A DNA stretch of 64,000 bases, taken from contig JBHGNT010000009.1 in assembly GCA_043228905.1 (NCBI GenBank), positions 20,336,001 to 20,400,000 on the forward strand, given 5' to 3'. Below, piece by piece: positions 39,837-51,600 of the stretch (the first letter of the stretch is position 1; every line of letters begins with the position of its first letter). The notes below the pieces were generated by a model that was not told the DNA's origin, searched no databases, and worked only from the letters and a program-made list of their open reading frames with translations. The stretch comes from Azolla caroliniana (lineage: Eukaryota; Plantae; Polypodiophyta). A program made the position numbers and the translations under genes.

Positions 39837-40252
39837 GCTCTGATGGACCAGATTCTGGAGCCAGAAGAGTGGAAACCTCAAAAAGTTAGTACTAGCGCGC
39901 GAGGAAAATCGGGAAAAGAGATGAGATCGATGGCGGACCTGCAAATCTGCAGTGAATCCGTCCCACAAAATGGTCACGAGGGAGGGATGGATACAGGATT
40001 CACCTGGATAGGTAGGTAGCATGCTACAAAAGGAATGACCATATTTGATGCATAGATAGATCGATAGATCGATAGATCGATAGAGAGAGAGACAGAGAAA
40101 CCAGGCTAGGCCATTCCTTCCTTCATTCATATCAGATTTGAGTAGAAGGAGCAGGAGAATTTCCTCTGATCCATCTCTCCTTTTTTTTTCTTCTTCCATA
40201 GCTCTCTGCTCCTCTCTTCTCCTTCAATCAAATTGATCCACTCCCTCAATCC

Positions 40253-42871
40253 ATGCCCACCACTTCCTCCTCGACCGGCGATGCCTCGCCTGCACAACAA
40301 GTGTCAGGCGGCATCCTGCGCGTGCTGAAGGTCCGGAAGATCTTCGAGAGGTTCGACACAAACCGGGATGGCCGGCTAAGCAGGGGAGAAATGGCCGCCC
40401 TGGTGGCCGCGGTGAACCCCCGCGTCCGCTTCAGCCAATCTCAGATCACCGCCATTTTAGACGAGGTCTTCCGAACCTACGAAGGCTTCATCGACAGGTT
40501 AGGGCTCAGCTTCCATGGCCTTCTTCGCACCTACGAGGACGGGGCCGGTGACATAGACCGCGACTTCGATGCTCTGCATTTGGAGCTCGACATTGATGCT
40601 GCTTCCAACAGTAGTAATGGTAGCAAGGCCATGGCACATCAAGCTCATCCTCCTCCTTCTAATGCCACTATGCCTCAAAGGAGAGAATCTGATCAAGCAC
40701 ACAGAAAGCCTCACCAAGATCCGGATTCCAGAAGTTTCCATCGCCAATCCAATGCTTATGTACCCCACCAAAGTGCTACCCATTACCTTCTGGAAGAGCT
40801 CCATGGCATCATCTACCGCATGGAGGAGAAACTTGCATCCAAGGTCAAGAAAGAGAGCTCTGGTGATCATAGACAACAATTGCACGCAGGGTTAATAAAG
40901 AAAGGCCCCTCCATCATCACCATGGAGGAGGAGGGCAAGAGGAGGACTGTGAATTGGGAGGAGCTTGGCCATGATTATGCAGATTTCCAAAGAGAATGGG
41001 CAGAGATTCACGCGAAAGCGGCCGACACAAGGTCCAACAAGAAGGGGTCCGAGGAGGTTTTCGATGCCATGATGGGTCTAGGGAGAGCCCTCTTTGACCA
41101 TGCCTTCTATGCTGAAGCTCTAGTGAGCTTCAAGAAAGCTAATGAAGTGAAACCTAACGATGTGCGCCCGCATTTCCGGGTCGGGAACACGTTATACGCG
41201 CTCGGCCGGCCAGCCGAGGCGAAGAAACATTACTTGTCGGCCTTAGAGGCAGCCGACACCTCGACACATGGCCAATGGAATTACATGCTTCCACACATCC
41301 ATCTCAACCTAGGGGTTGCCCTAGAAGCCGAGGGCATGCTCCTTAGTGCTAGCAAACACTATAAAGAAGCGGCCATCCGAGAACCGAAGCACCATCGAGC
41401 CCTGAAGCTCCTCGGGAGCGCGCTGTATGGCGTGGGGGAGTATCGGGCTGCCGAGAAAGCACTCATGGAAGCCATCTTCCTAAAAAGTGACTATGCCGAT
41501 GCACATTGTGACCTCGGATCGACACTACATGCCATGGGTGACGATGAGCAGGCGATTCATGAGTTCCAAAAGGCGATCGACCTGAAGCCCGATCACATGG
41601 ATGCCTTGTATAACCTCGGGGGCCTGTTCCGAGACATCGGAAGGTTCCGGAGAGCGGCAGAGATGTACACAAAAGTCTTGGCCTTGCAACCCAACCATTG
41701 GAGGGCCCAGCTGAATAAGGCAGTGTCTCTCTTAGGTGCTGGAGAACCAGAGGAGGCTAGGAAGTCCTTGGAAGAGGCATTTAGAATGACCAATAGGATA
41801 GAGCTGTATGATGCTTTGATGCATCTCAAGAGGGTGGATCATAAACGCCTACCAACTAGGGTTGGATTAGGGTTTGGTTCCATCCTTACCAAGAAAGGGG
41901 AAGCAAATTCCATTGATGAATCACTAGGGCATGCCATTGCTCTGGAGGATGCCATTGTGGTGGAGGAGGATTCATGCTTCAAGCAGGCGACCAGAAACAC
42001 GACACCCCGCCAATACCTTCGATTGGCCCTTGAAATCCGACGACTCCAGAGGGAGACTCAACTCGGCCGGTGCGATGTACGGAATGCGAAGAAAGAGCTC
42101 GTCGAGAGGCACGTGTGGCCGCCGCCCATCGTCTCGGACAATTCGTCTGGCAACAGTGTGAAATCGATCCGCAAGGAAGAGCTCGAGCAAATCCTGCGAA
42201 GGCTTCTACCGTTCTTGAAGCCACTCGCATTCCAATGCGCGGTGAAAGCTATCAATGGCCACATTTTGGGCGTGCTAGAGGGAGGTGCGTATAACTCGGG
42301 ACGGGTCGACATTGGCATGTTCCTCGCGTTGATCGCGCCCATTTGCTCGGGGCCTAGGGACAAACGAAAGATGGTCGTGTTTGATGCACTCGTCTGGCGG
42401 CGGTCTCCCTCGAAAGATTTAGCTAGGGTCTCGGTACTTAAATCCGATGTGTCTCTCTATTTAAGATGGTTGAGAGCTATTTACTTCCCAACTACAAGAA
42501 TTGATGGAAAACTCAAAAGCTATCTTCACCCGGCATCTACCATGTCATTTTCCGAGTTTGTGTCAATGTTTGATGACCCTAATTCGGGTTTCGGGATCCT
42601 TGATTTGGTGTCTAAGCTGGAGAATAGTGACAATGTTCGACATTATGGGCAAACTTGCGATGTGTGCTCCTACCCTATCACCGGACATTGGTTCAAAGAA
42701 GTTTCTTTGAATTTCAACCTTTGTTGTTTGTGCTATAGTGAAGGCAAGGTTCCTCAATGTGCATCTAAAAGGACAGAATATTATTTTAAAGAGTTAAGTA
42801 GTGAGACCGAGGCCATGAAAGAGAAACTATGTTTGTTTAGGTCTAGGTCATTGACACACAAGACAAATTGA
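40253..42871 (+). CDS. EF-hand / TPR / ZZ-type zinc finger protein (At1g05150/At2g32450-like), single ORF of 872 aa
   Basis: N-terminal EF-hand KIFERFDTNRDGRLSRGEMAALVAAVNPRVRFS, several TPRs (DVRPHFRVGNTLY, ALKLLGSALYGVGEYRAAEKAL, DAHCDLGSTLHAMG, DALYNLGGL), and C-terminal CDVCSYPI..NLCCLCYSEGKVP. Confidence 0.93.
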   Translation: MPTTSSSTGDASPAQQVSGGILRVLKVRKIFERFDTNRDGRLSRGEMAALVAAVNPRVRFSQSQITAILDEVFRTYEGFIDRLGLSFHGLLRTYEDGAGDIDRDFDALHLELDIDAASNSSNGSKAMAHQAHPPPSNATMPQRRESDQAHRKPHQDPDSRSFHRQSNAYVPHQSATHYLLEELHGIIYRMEEKLASKVKKESSGDHRQQLHAGLIKKGPSIITMEEEGKRRTVNWEELGHDYADFQREWAEIHAKAADTRSNKKGSEEVFDAMMGLGRALFDHAFYAEALVSFKKANEVKPNDVRPHFRVGNTLYALGRPAEAKKHYLSALEAADTSTHGQWNYMLPHIHLNLGVALEAEGMLLSASKHYKEAAIREPKHHRALKLLGSALYGVGEYRAAEKALMEAIFLKSDYADAHCDLGSTLHAMGDDEQAIHEFQKAIDLKPDHMDALYNLGGLFRDIGRFRRAAEMYTKVLALQPNHWRAQLNKAVSLLGAGEPEEARKSLEEAFRMTNRIELYDALMHLKRVDHKRLPTRVGLGFGSILTKKGEANSIDESLGHAIALEDAIVVEEDSCFKQATRNTTPRQYLRLALEIRRLQRETQLGRCDVRNAKKELVERHVWPPPIVSDNSSGNSVKSIRKEELEQILRRLLPFLKPLAFQCAVKAINGHILGVLEGGAYNSGRVDIGMFLALIAPICSGPRDKRKMVVFDALVWRRSPSKDLARVSVLKSDVSLYLRWLRAIYFPTTRIDGKLKSYLHPASTMSFSEFVSMFDDPNSGFGILDLVSKLENSDNVRHYGQTCDVCSYPITGHWFKEVSLNFNLCCLCYSEGKVPQCASKRTEYYFKELSSETEAMKEKLCLFRSRSLTHKTN

Positions 42872-44642
42872 ATGCATATCAATATTATGAATATAGATTC
42901 AAGTATGTTGTATTAAAAAGGCAATACTCTTACTTTCTGCGTCAACATCCAACAACTTGTTAATGAAAACAACCAATGTGCCCTTCTTTATCAAGGAAGT
43001 TTTCATTGAAGAAGTGTGTCAAGTTGGTTATGTCGAGTGTTGGTTGGCAACAATTTGTTCATCAGTCATGTACTAGAAAGTATGAATTGCCATTAATCAT
43101 AACACAATTGGATATGGAATAACAAAATTTGCTGCCAATGGTCACAAATGTTACAAGGAGTACCAACTTAGATTCATTTACACAATAAATAAGTCGAATT
43201 TGATAATTGATTTATTATGTTGGGACTTGAATTGTTGGCATATAGGATCTAATAGCTACAAGTTGTGTGTGGGCATTGATTGATATTATTGTGCTACTTT
43301 TAGAAAATCTATTTGAAACTTTTATTGTTGGAAATTCTCACGAGGAACCATAGGGCATTGCCAACCTAAGATCACCCCATTCACTAATTGTCACCATGTT
43401 GCTTACATCCATGCCTACTTACGTGGGGATGGATGTGACATATGATTGGTGATCATGTAAACAATTTTTATTTTTTCTTTAGATTGGTGAAGCACTCATT
43501 GTCAGTGACGCAATAGTTCTACGCTTTTAGGATAATATTATTAATATGTTTTAACATTTATGAACTATATTTATAGTTATCATTTTTTTAGTGAACAGTG
43601 CAATGAAGGACTAGTACACAAGATCTCGACCAAAAGGCATAAATGATTTTTTTTAATTGAACATAACATTTGATACACAAGAGTAACATTATGCAATAGA
43701 AGCTATTATACAACCTTATGCAATGTGCCTCATATTTATACATAAAAGATGTGATAGTGAAATCTTATGGAAATACAAAGGCAATGCTTTCATGTTCTAC
43801 TTTAACATGTAGGACTTTATTTCAATTGTTGTGCTTGAAATTGCTGAAGATCTCGCTTCCAATTAAAGGCGTTCCAAACTATTTCTTAGATCATTACACA
43901 CACTCTCGTGTAATAAAATTTTGCCATACATAGACCACACCATGGTATCGTGTCCTTACGCTTGCAATTATGCAAGATAATGCTCCACAACACATCTCCT
44001 ATGTACAAGGACAATAGTAGTCAAATGTGCATGTGTATGTGCGAAATTGGCTAGATTTAGTATCACGTCATTGGACAAAACCCTTTATAGATAGGGATGA
44101 ATCTACATGTGAGCATAGGGGCAAAAAATTAATGCCACCTCTCTCCATATATCTCAAGATTGATTGGTTAAAGCTCCATGCGGGGGTAAGTTCCCCTTGG
44201 GCTACTACAATGAATCTCTTATATATCAAAGCCACATTCATAATGAGATGCAAATCGAGAACAATTACATCACATCACACGAGGCCTTGGTTAAAGCTCT
44301 GCATGATGGGATAATGTCCTCGGACAACTACAACATGCATCATAATTATGTCTCCGAAGGCGCACAAGCGAGTTACAAGCCGATGTGAACGCAAGAACGA
44401 CTATTACACAATCCAAGACAAGGAGGAGTAGAGTATTTGCGACATTGAAGAATTCGTTTGGGTGTCGTGTCTAGCCGGATGGTCACTTTGAGAGGTCCGG
44501 GAATTCATTCGGTTGCAACGTCCGCCCTAATGCTCATTTGGGTCCCATCACTCTCTTTAGTGTCATGTGTGTGTATATCTATATCTATATCTATATCCAT
44601 ATCTCTATGTATATATGTATGTATATCTATATATATCTATAT

Positions 44643-45233
44643 CATAGTTCTAGCCATACGTCCCATTCGTGTCATACTCAAACGCCAATATTCGTATCAT
44701 ACTCATACGTGAAAAGGCTCCAAGTATGATTGAAATCCATACGCGGTACATAGATATATTATATATACATATGGTGTATATGGTGTACATAGTGTGTGTG
44801 TGTGTGAGGGGGAGAGAGAGAGAGAGAGAGCGTGTGTGGTCTAGAGAGAGAAGCCCTGTTTTGCATGTGTGAGGAGACAATGATTGTGTGAGGAGACAGT
44901 GATTGAGTGTATATCTAGACTCTAGAAAGAGAGAGAGAGAGAGGAGCTATGGGTTTTGTCTGTGTGAGGGAGTATGTAATATGTATATTAGATATCTAGA
45001 TTTTGTAGAGAGAGAAAATCTGTCAGTTCTCGTGTGAGAGAGAGAGTGTGTGTATGTGTGTCAGATGTCACTTCTATTCACAAAATATTATGAATATCAA
45101 AAATTAAAAAAACCAAAAAAAAGTCAAAAAAAGAAAAAAAAAAGCCAAACGAATATCGCGTATCATACGCGTACGTTTGCAAACGTTCGCGTACGTCCAG
45201 TAAATTGGACGTACGCGAATATTAGGAACTATG
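44643..45233. mobile_element. hAT-type MITE (591 bp) inserted in a TA/TC microsatellite
   Basis: Termini CATAGTTC / GAACTATG. 8-bp TSD ATCTATAT at 44635-44642 and 45234-45241. CGTA/TACG subterminal repeats. Confidence 0.75.
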
Positions 45234-45493
45234 ATCTATATGACTATACCTATAGGCTATATGTATATGTATGTATATGACACATGTGTATACATACTTT
45301 AGACGAGGGAAGGCTTCCAAATTATGTAACATTGTTTTTATTTTTATCATTGCATGACAATCGGTTCCCCGGAGAAGGGAAGGGAAAGGAAAGGAAAAGG
45401 ACCACCTTCTGTCTCCTCCAATTCGCAGACGAAAAATGCCGTGCATCCGCAGAGCTTTTTAAGTTCCCTTTTCCTTTCCCTTTCCTGAGACTC

Positions 45494-45624
45494 ATGGAGT
45501 CGCTCGATTCATCCAGTGGTGGCGTTGTCGTGAAATGGAGAGGAAATCGTCGCTCAAGCTTTGCTGTGAGTAGAAATCAGAGAGATGATATATATATATA
45601 TATATACACACGTATGTATATATC

Positions 45625-45657
<33 letters not shown>

Positions 45658-48600
45658 TGAATGTATGTATGTATGTATGAATGTATGTATGTATGTATGA
45701 AAGAGATGGGAGAGAGTATACTCTTTAATGGATATGAACATAGTGGACACCTGTTTTCTTTGTTGTTATTGAATGCTTGTGATTATAGCTTTTGAGAGAG
45801 AGGAAACAAAGAGAGAAGGCCATCTTTAATGGATATGATCATAATAAAAACCTGTTCTTTTTCCTATTAAATGCTTGCAGTTTTAGCATTTGAGATCATC
45901 CTCTTTTGGATGCATTTTTTGACTTCACCGGATGTATTGTTTTGATCGTATCTTCTTTGAATGGATTGCTTTGTTGATATCTTTCTTCAATTCACTTGTT
46001 GCGGTTCATATTGAACGCATTTTTGGACAATCCCTACGACCAATTATTTCTTTGTAGGGATAATTTATTTTGTTACATTCTTCTAGCCACCTCTTGTTTG
46101 GATACATTTTTTGTGATTTCGTCTTTGGATTTATTTTTTGGTAATATATTCTCCTGCTTTTTCGTTGAATGCAATTTGTCATGCACTATATATTCTCTTT
46201 CTCAGTTGAGTGAACTAATTTATAGTTGTAAAGATAGTGTGTTGATTGGTTTGCACCATCTTCCCACTATCAGTTCTCATCAAACTGTGATCTAGCAACA
46301 TGTACTTTCTACATGATAGATGATGCTAAACATTTTAATCAAAGTAAGAGTCTAGCACAGAGAATGTCTCTGGTCCTATTGGTTTATATCATTCTCCATT
46401 CTTATTTATACTTCTAACATGGTATTAAGATTGCGTAGAGTCATATTTTTATTGTAAACTGCATTCACATTGTTTGAAGGTGCAGTTTCATGAATATCTA
46501 CTGCAAGTAAGTGTATTATTTTGCTTAGCTAGTGAGGCTGTTTGGTAACTTTTATTCAGTTGTGTTTATTTATTTTGGTTTGTTTCACTCAAAGATGAGA
46601 CTACACTTTCAGATGTACTCTCATGCTCATCCTCATAGGCCATTTTGGCCTCTCAAATGGCATTAATATCTCTATCAATTTTTTGCTCTCGTATCTCACC
46701 AATGCTTGGAAATGTTCTTGCTAGAACTCAACAGACATAGAGGGAAGTTGTTTTAAGACAAAAACCAGAACCAAAACTGATTAACAAAAAATAATCATCG
46801 TGACTTTCTCTACCTCCATTCCTTCTAATGCTACAAGTCAATCAAGGGTGACACAAATGGGGTCTTGACTTGGACACTCAAAGGTGTTATGATAGATTGG
46901 GGAAAAGAAATTTGTTGTGTACATAGGTCACCATTATCATTTTGCACTGAAAGGTGATCCCTTACTTCCGAGATCTCTCCATCGGAAGTGGTTCATGTTG
47001 AAGATCTTGCAAAGCTTCAGTCTATTTAAGTATAGAATCTAAAGTGCTTGGCTAATGAGATTCCTTGGTACCTTATTTTCATTTTTATTTGTTTGTTCTC
47101 TAAGATGAGGCAACATTTTAAGCTGTAATATCTGGTTAGGTCTCATAGGCCAGTTTAACCATGTAGAATATTTTAATAAAATTTTCTTTTTGTTACATTT
47201 TCTCCAACTACTTATGGGTCCTATAGCTATGTGTCTCTACTTTTCTTGTCTTCAATTGTAGGAGACTTTGAACTGGGAGACTGGGAGCTTTACCACTATG
47301 TTGAATAGTTAAGAGAGGGAGATTGGAGTTGGAGAAAGTGGGACGTTGTCGTGATGTGGCGGGCCTGAAGGTAGAAAGGGGACAAAAAGAGGCCCCAACA
47401 ACCACCATGAAATCTTAAAGATGTATATATAAAAAGGAATATATAATAAGCAAAAGTAAATGGCCTAGTGATTAGTGCCATTGACTATGTACAAGAGATG
47501 CAGAGTTCGAATATTTGCTAGCGCATATGAAGGAATTATTCCCATGATCATCTTGTAACTACCACTGTTGTACTTACTCACATTGATTATTTTCTAATCC
47601 CCACTTTATAAAGGAATTTCTTGAATAAACTAGCGTCTACTTCTTAATATGATGACATTTTAGTCTTAACCTTGTGCAATTTATGTCATTCTTGTGTATA
47701 AAGCTTAATCTTGTGCGTTAATCTTCGCCTCCTAGGATTGTTCGCCTCCTCAATCTTTCTCTTTGCCCCAATCTTTGTGCACTTTTATATTAAGGGAATT
47801 CACACGAGGAGATTTACAAGGTGGTCCAAAGAATCTTGTCACATGGCATCATGTCCTCCTTGGTTCAGGTTCCCTGTAGTTCCGTGTAAGTAGCACATGC
47901 ATGCACGTTTTATGCGATAATGTCACCCATGGTAATTTGCTCAAAGTAAATTGTACCCATTTGCCACATCGGGGGGATTGGGAACTTTATCACTTGGGAG
48001 ATAAATGTTCTACGTTGAATAGGTTAGAGAGGGAGATTGGAGCTAGAAAGAAAGAAAGAAAGTGGTACATCACCCATGGTAATTAGGCATTATGGGTAAG
48101 TTAAATACATTTAATTCAACTGTTATGGGGTTATATAAGGCTTTCTCCAAACATCATGATTCCTGGTGAAGGGCAAGGGACTCATTACTCAATATTTTGA
48201 GTGTATTGATAATATATAATTCCTAAAGTATGATGTATTAAGTAAGATGTTTATTTCGTTTTGAGATTCAGCAAGAGTTCCATGCAAGTGAGCGGGAAAA
48301 GCAAGCAGAAAGGGGACCAATCACACTTTTGAAGGGAACAACTCCTGACAAAGTTAATATTCTTACTTTTCCGGCAGAATCTTCACCAGTATGTTTCCTG
48401 AACCTATAAACTTGGTTCAAAACCAACATTTAGTATCCAAAAGGGATGAATAATAGACTTAATGTAACACATGTATATCAAAACCAATATTTGAAATAAC
48501 AGCAACAAAGGCCACCTGGTTTCTTGACTTTGCGTGCATTAAAGGAGTTGAAGAAGGCATTTGAATCACTTGAAGCTACTAAGAATAAGCTAGACAAGGT

Positions 48601-51600
48601 AACTGAATGCTTATTTCTCAAAAATTGTTTCACAAAGAAGAAAGAAATAAAGATGGATGAATGTCTTTTAAGAAGGCCAAAATGGCCTATAAGATTAAAT
48701 GAGAGAGAGATTACATTTTAAAACGTTGTCCTGTCTTTGTGAATGATAAAAATAAAAATAAATGTGTCTACATACAAAGTAAATAAAAAGAAGTGACCAA
48801 AGAATCTCATTACCGATACATGTAAGATTCTTGAGTTGGATAGATTCTAATTTCTGTCTTTGAAAGAAACAGTAACCATAACTAACACACTAGAGTTATT
48901 TGAGGTACGGCAGATTGTAGATCTCTTGTTTCTGTTTTTTGTTTGAAATTAATACAACTATATGTTCAATTGGTGAGTTTTCTTGTATAAATGTAGAAAA
49001 AGGTTTTCTGTGTAACAAATGTGAAAATATATCTATATGCCATTTCATTCTCCAACAGCATTTTCGTTTTTGTCAATATTTGTTTTGTTTTCTTTCCCTT
49101 CCTCACAACATGAAAGTGAATATGTCTCGGTTTTGTGAGAAACTTGAGTTCGGTTTTAAATGTGGAAAGCCACTATACCTGGAAATATATTGATTTGATG
49201 TTCTTCACCTCAAATAGGAAGCATTTGTGACGATGTGCTTGAATATAGATGATGTGGCTGCATATATGAGGTATTAATGAAAACTATTTTATGGAACAAA
49301 TCTAATTTTCTGTCTTTGTGAATTTAGTACTGCGTATCAGCTCAAATAGCTTTTTGTTTCCCTCAGTAAAACCGAGATGGAGCAACTGTTTATGAAAGTT
49401 GATGTCAATAACAATGGTTTGGTGGATTGGAATGACTTTACCAGTTTCACACTTCTGCAGCAGGTAAAGTATGTGTCTCTGGTTTGGGGTTTAAGTTTGT
49501 GTTCGATCAGAAAATGTTATCCTGCACATATATTATTTTAAATGGGTAATGTTCATATTTCAATATCTGAACATTTTTCTCCTCCTTTGCATTTTAGCTA
49601 TCTAAAGAGGATGATTTACATGCCGAGTTTGCATCATATATGAAGTTAAAAACTCAAGAACTGCCCGCGGATAATTCTTCTGAAGATTCAGAATCTGAAG
49701 AGGAAGAAGAGGATGATGTAGCTCCAACTTTAGTTCATAAACATCATAAGGGAGCGAGCAGCACAATAATGAGACCATCACCTGTGATTGAAAAGGTAAG
49801 ATTCTATAGTATATATTGAATTATTATGCTCAAAGAAATGTGGAAGAAAACATACCCTGATAGTGCAACTTTAGTTTCATGCCGAAGACTTAAATATCTT
49901 GGCATTTTTTAGATTATAAAGCTAAATACCATACAAACATATGTAACCTGTACACAAGATGGTCATTTGAAGCTCTGGCATACAGATTCTTTGAAGCTTT
50001 TACGTACACAATTAAATGGAAATGGTGGTAAGTTAAAATTTCATTTTATTTATTATTTTGAAGGGAGATTATGCCTTGTGTTTTCAGATATTGAAAAGTT
50101 GTGTCAACTATTTTGAGTCTACATATATTGCGGAATTATAATATTTCATTGACTAGAAATGAATCAACACTAATCCTTGCCCATATTCTTTCTCAAGGGA
50201 TTGTAATGTCAATGTGTTTACCCTTACCCAAATTCTTGAAGGATTGCAAGGGTAACTAGGAAGTTGTAGTAATTTACTTTATTTGGTTGCTTTCCAAGAT
50301 GAGATGATACTTTCAGATTTAATCTCTGGTTTGTTCGCATAGCCATTTTTTCTTGTTATTCATATTGATGAATTAACATAAACTATCATAATCTCTGTCA
50401 GGTATCATAGGTCATTATGGCGTTTTAGAGATTTTTTTATTCTTTCTTTCTTGCTTGAGTTACTTTGATATAAAGGGGGTGCAAGCACAGTCGATTATCT
50501 AATGAGATCTCCATCTCTTATACCTGAAATAAAAGTGTTCACTATATCGGGAATACCTATTGGCTTGGCAGCTGATCATGCATATCTACGCTTTGAGGTA
50601 AAGGATGGATGCACACACGATGTATATGCTTAAGGAGAGTGGCTGGCTAAGTGTCTATTCACTCGCGAGACAATTGATGTGTATAGTTGTGGTGTATACA
50701 ATGGCATGCTAGATTTGGATCCTTTCGCACCCCTTGAAGAACTTACCCAAGGTTTATCCAAATCATTGCATAAAGCAGCCACAAATGCCTTCCCTCACAC
50801 AACGGCCAATCCCCCCAAACTTGGTAGAGTAATACAAAATAGTTGGCATGATGAGGAATGCCGTGATACAAGGAGATGCTTGCAGCATGATGTAACTCGG
50901 GGCATTTATACACACAACCAAGCGAGAGCAACCTTCCAACGCCTCATCAGGAAGAAGAAGAGATTGTATTTGGCTAAATTTGAAGATCATTTGTATCGCT
51001 TGTTTCTAGGACAAGAGAGTAAACGAGCATGGAAAATGTTTAATGAGAGGCAACCCACCACACAACTGACCTCACCTCAGGTGTGGCAGGAATATGCAAA
51101 GGTTCTATATGATATCCCAGGGCAGCCTCCTCTTCCCCACCCGAATGCAACCTTCTTTATACGCCCACATGAATCAACCTTCTTTACACCGCAAAATGTA
51201 AGAAATGCCATTGATCGGCTACAATTTTGGAAGGTCCAAGATCATGATGGATTGTTGGGTGAGCACTTTATCTATGGCCGTGACACCTTGCTCCCATTGC
51301 TAGCACACGTATTTAATAGAGCCATGTGTGAAGGTTTTCCTACTAGATGGACTCACCATACCATTGTGCCAATCCTCAAGAGTGGAGACCCCATGATGCC
51401 ATGCAATTATAGGACAATCATGATTGGCCATTACTTGGCTAAACTATATGGCTCGATTCTAGAATCAGAATTGAGTATATGGGGCAGAGCAAAATGGCTG
51501 CCGTTCAATTGGACAAGCAGGCTTTCGGAAGGGGTTCACAACTTTGGATCACATATTCACCCTCCGGGCCCTTATTGAGGAGGGCAGAGCCCACAATAAG

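Noticed and set aside
40253-42871. Intronless TPR gene as a retrocopy or horizontal transfer
   Set aside because: The ORF is intact and belongs to a conserved plant family. No poly(A) or TSD scars were seen.
44458-45700. Short ORFs rich in I/S/Y/V/C/M
   Set aside because: Translations of microsatellites and a MITE. Only 45494-45565 is kept, as a tentative exon.
46964-46990. 8-bp hairpin ACTTCCGA..TCGGAAGT as a Helitron end or miRNA
   Set aside because: No downstream CTRR terminus, and the stem is too short for a miRNA precursor.
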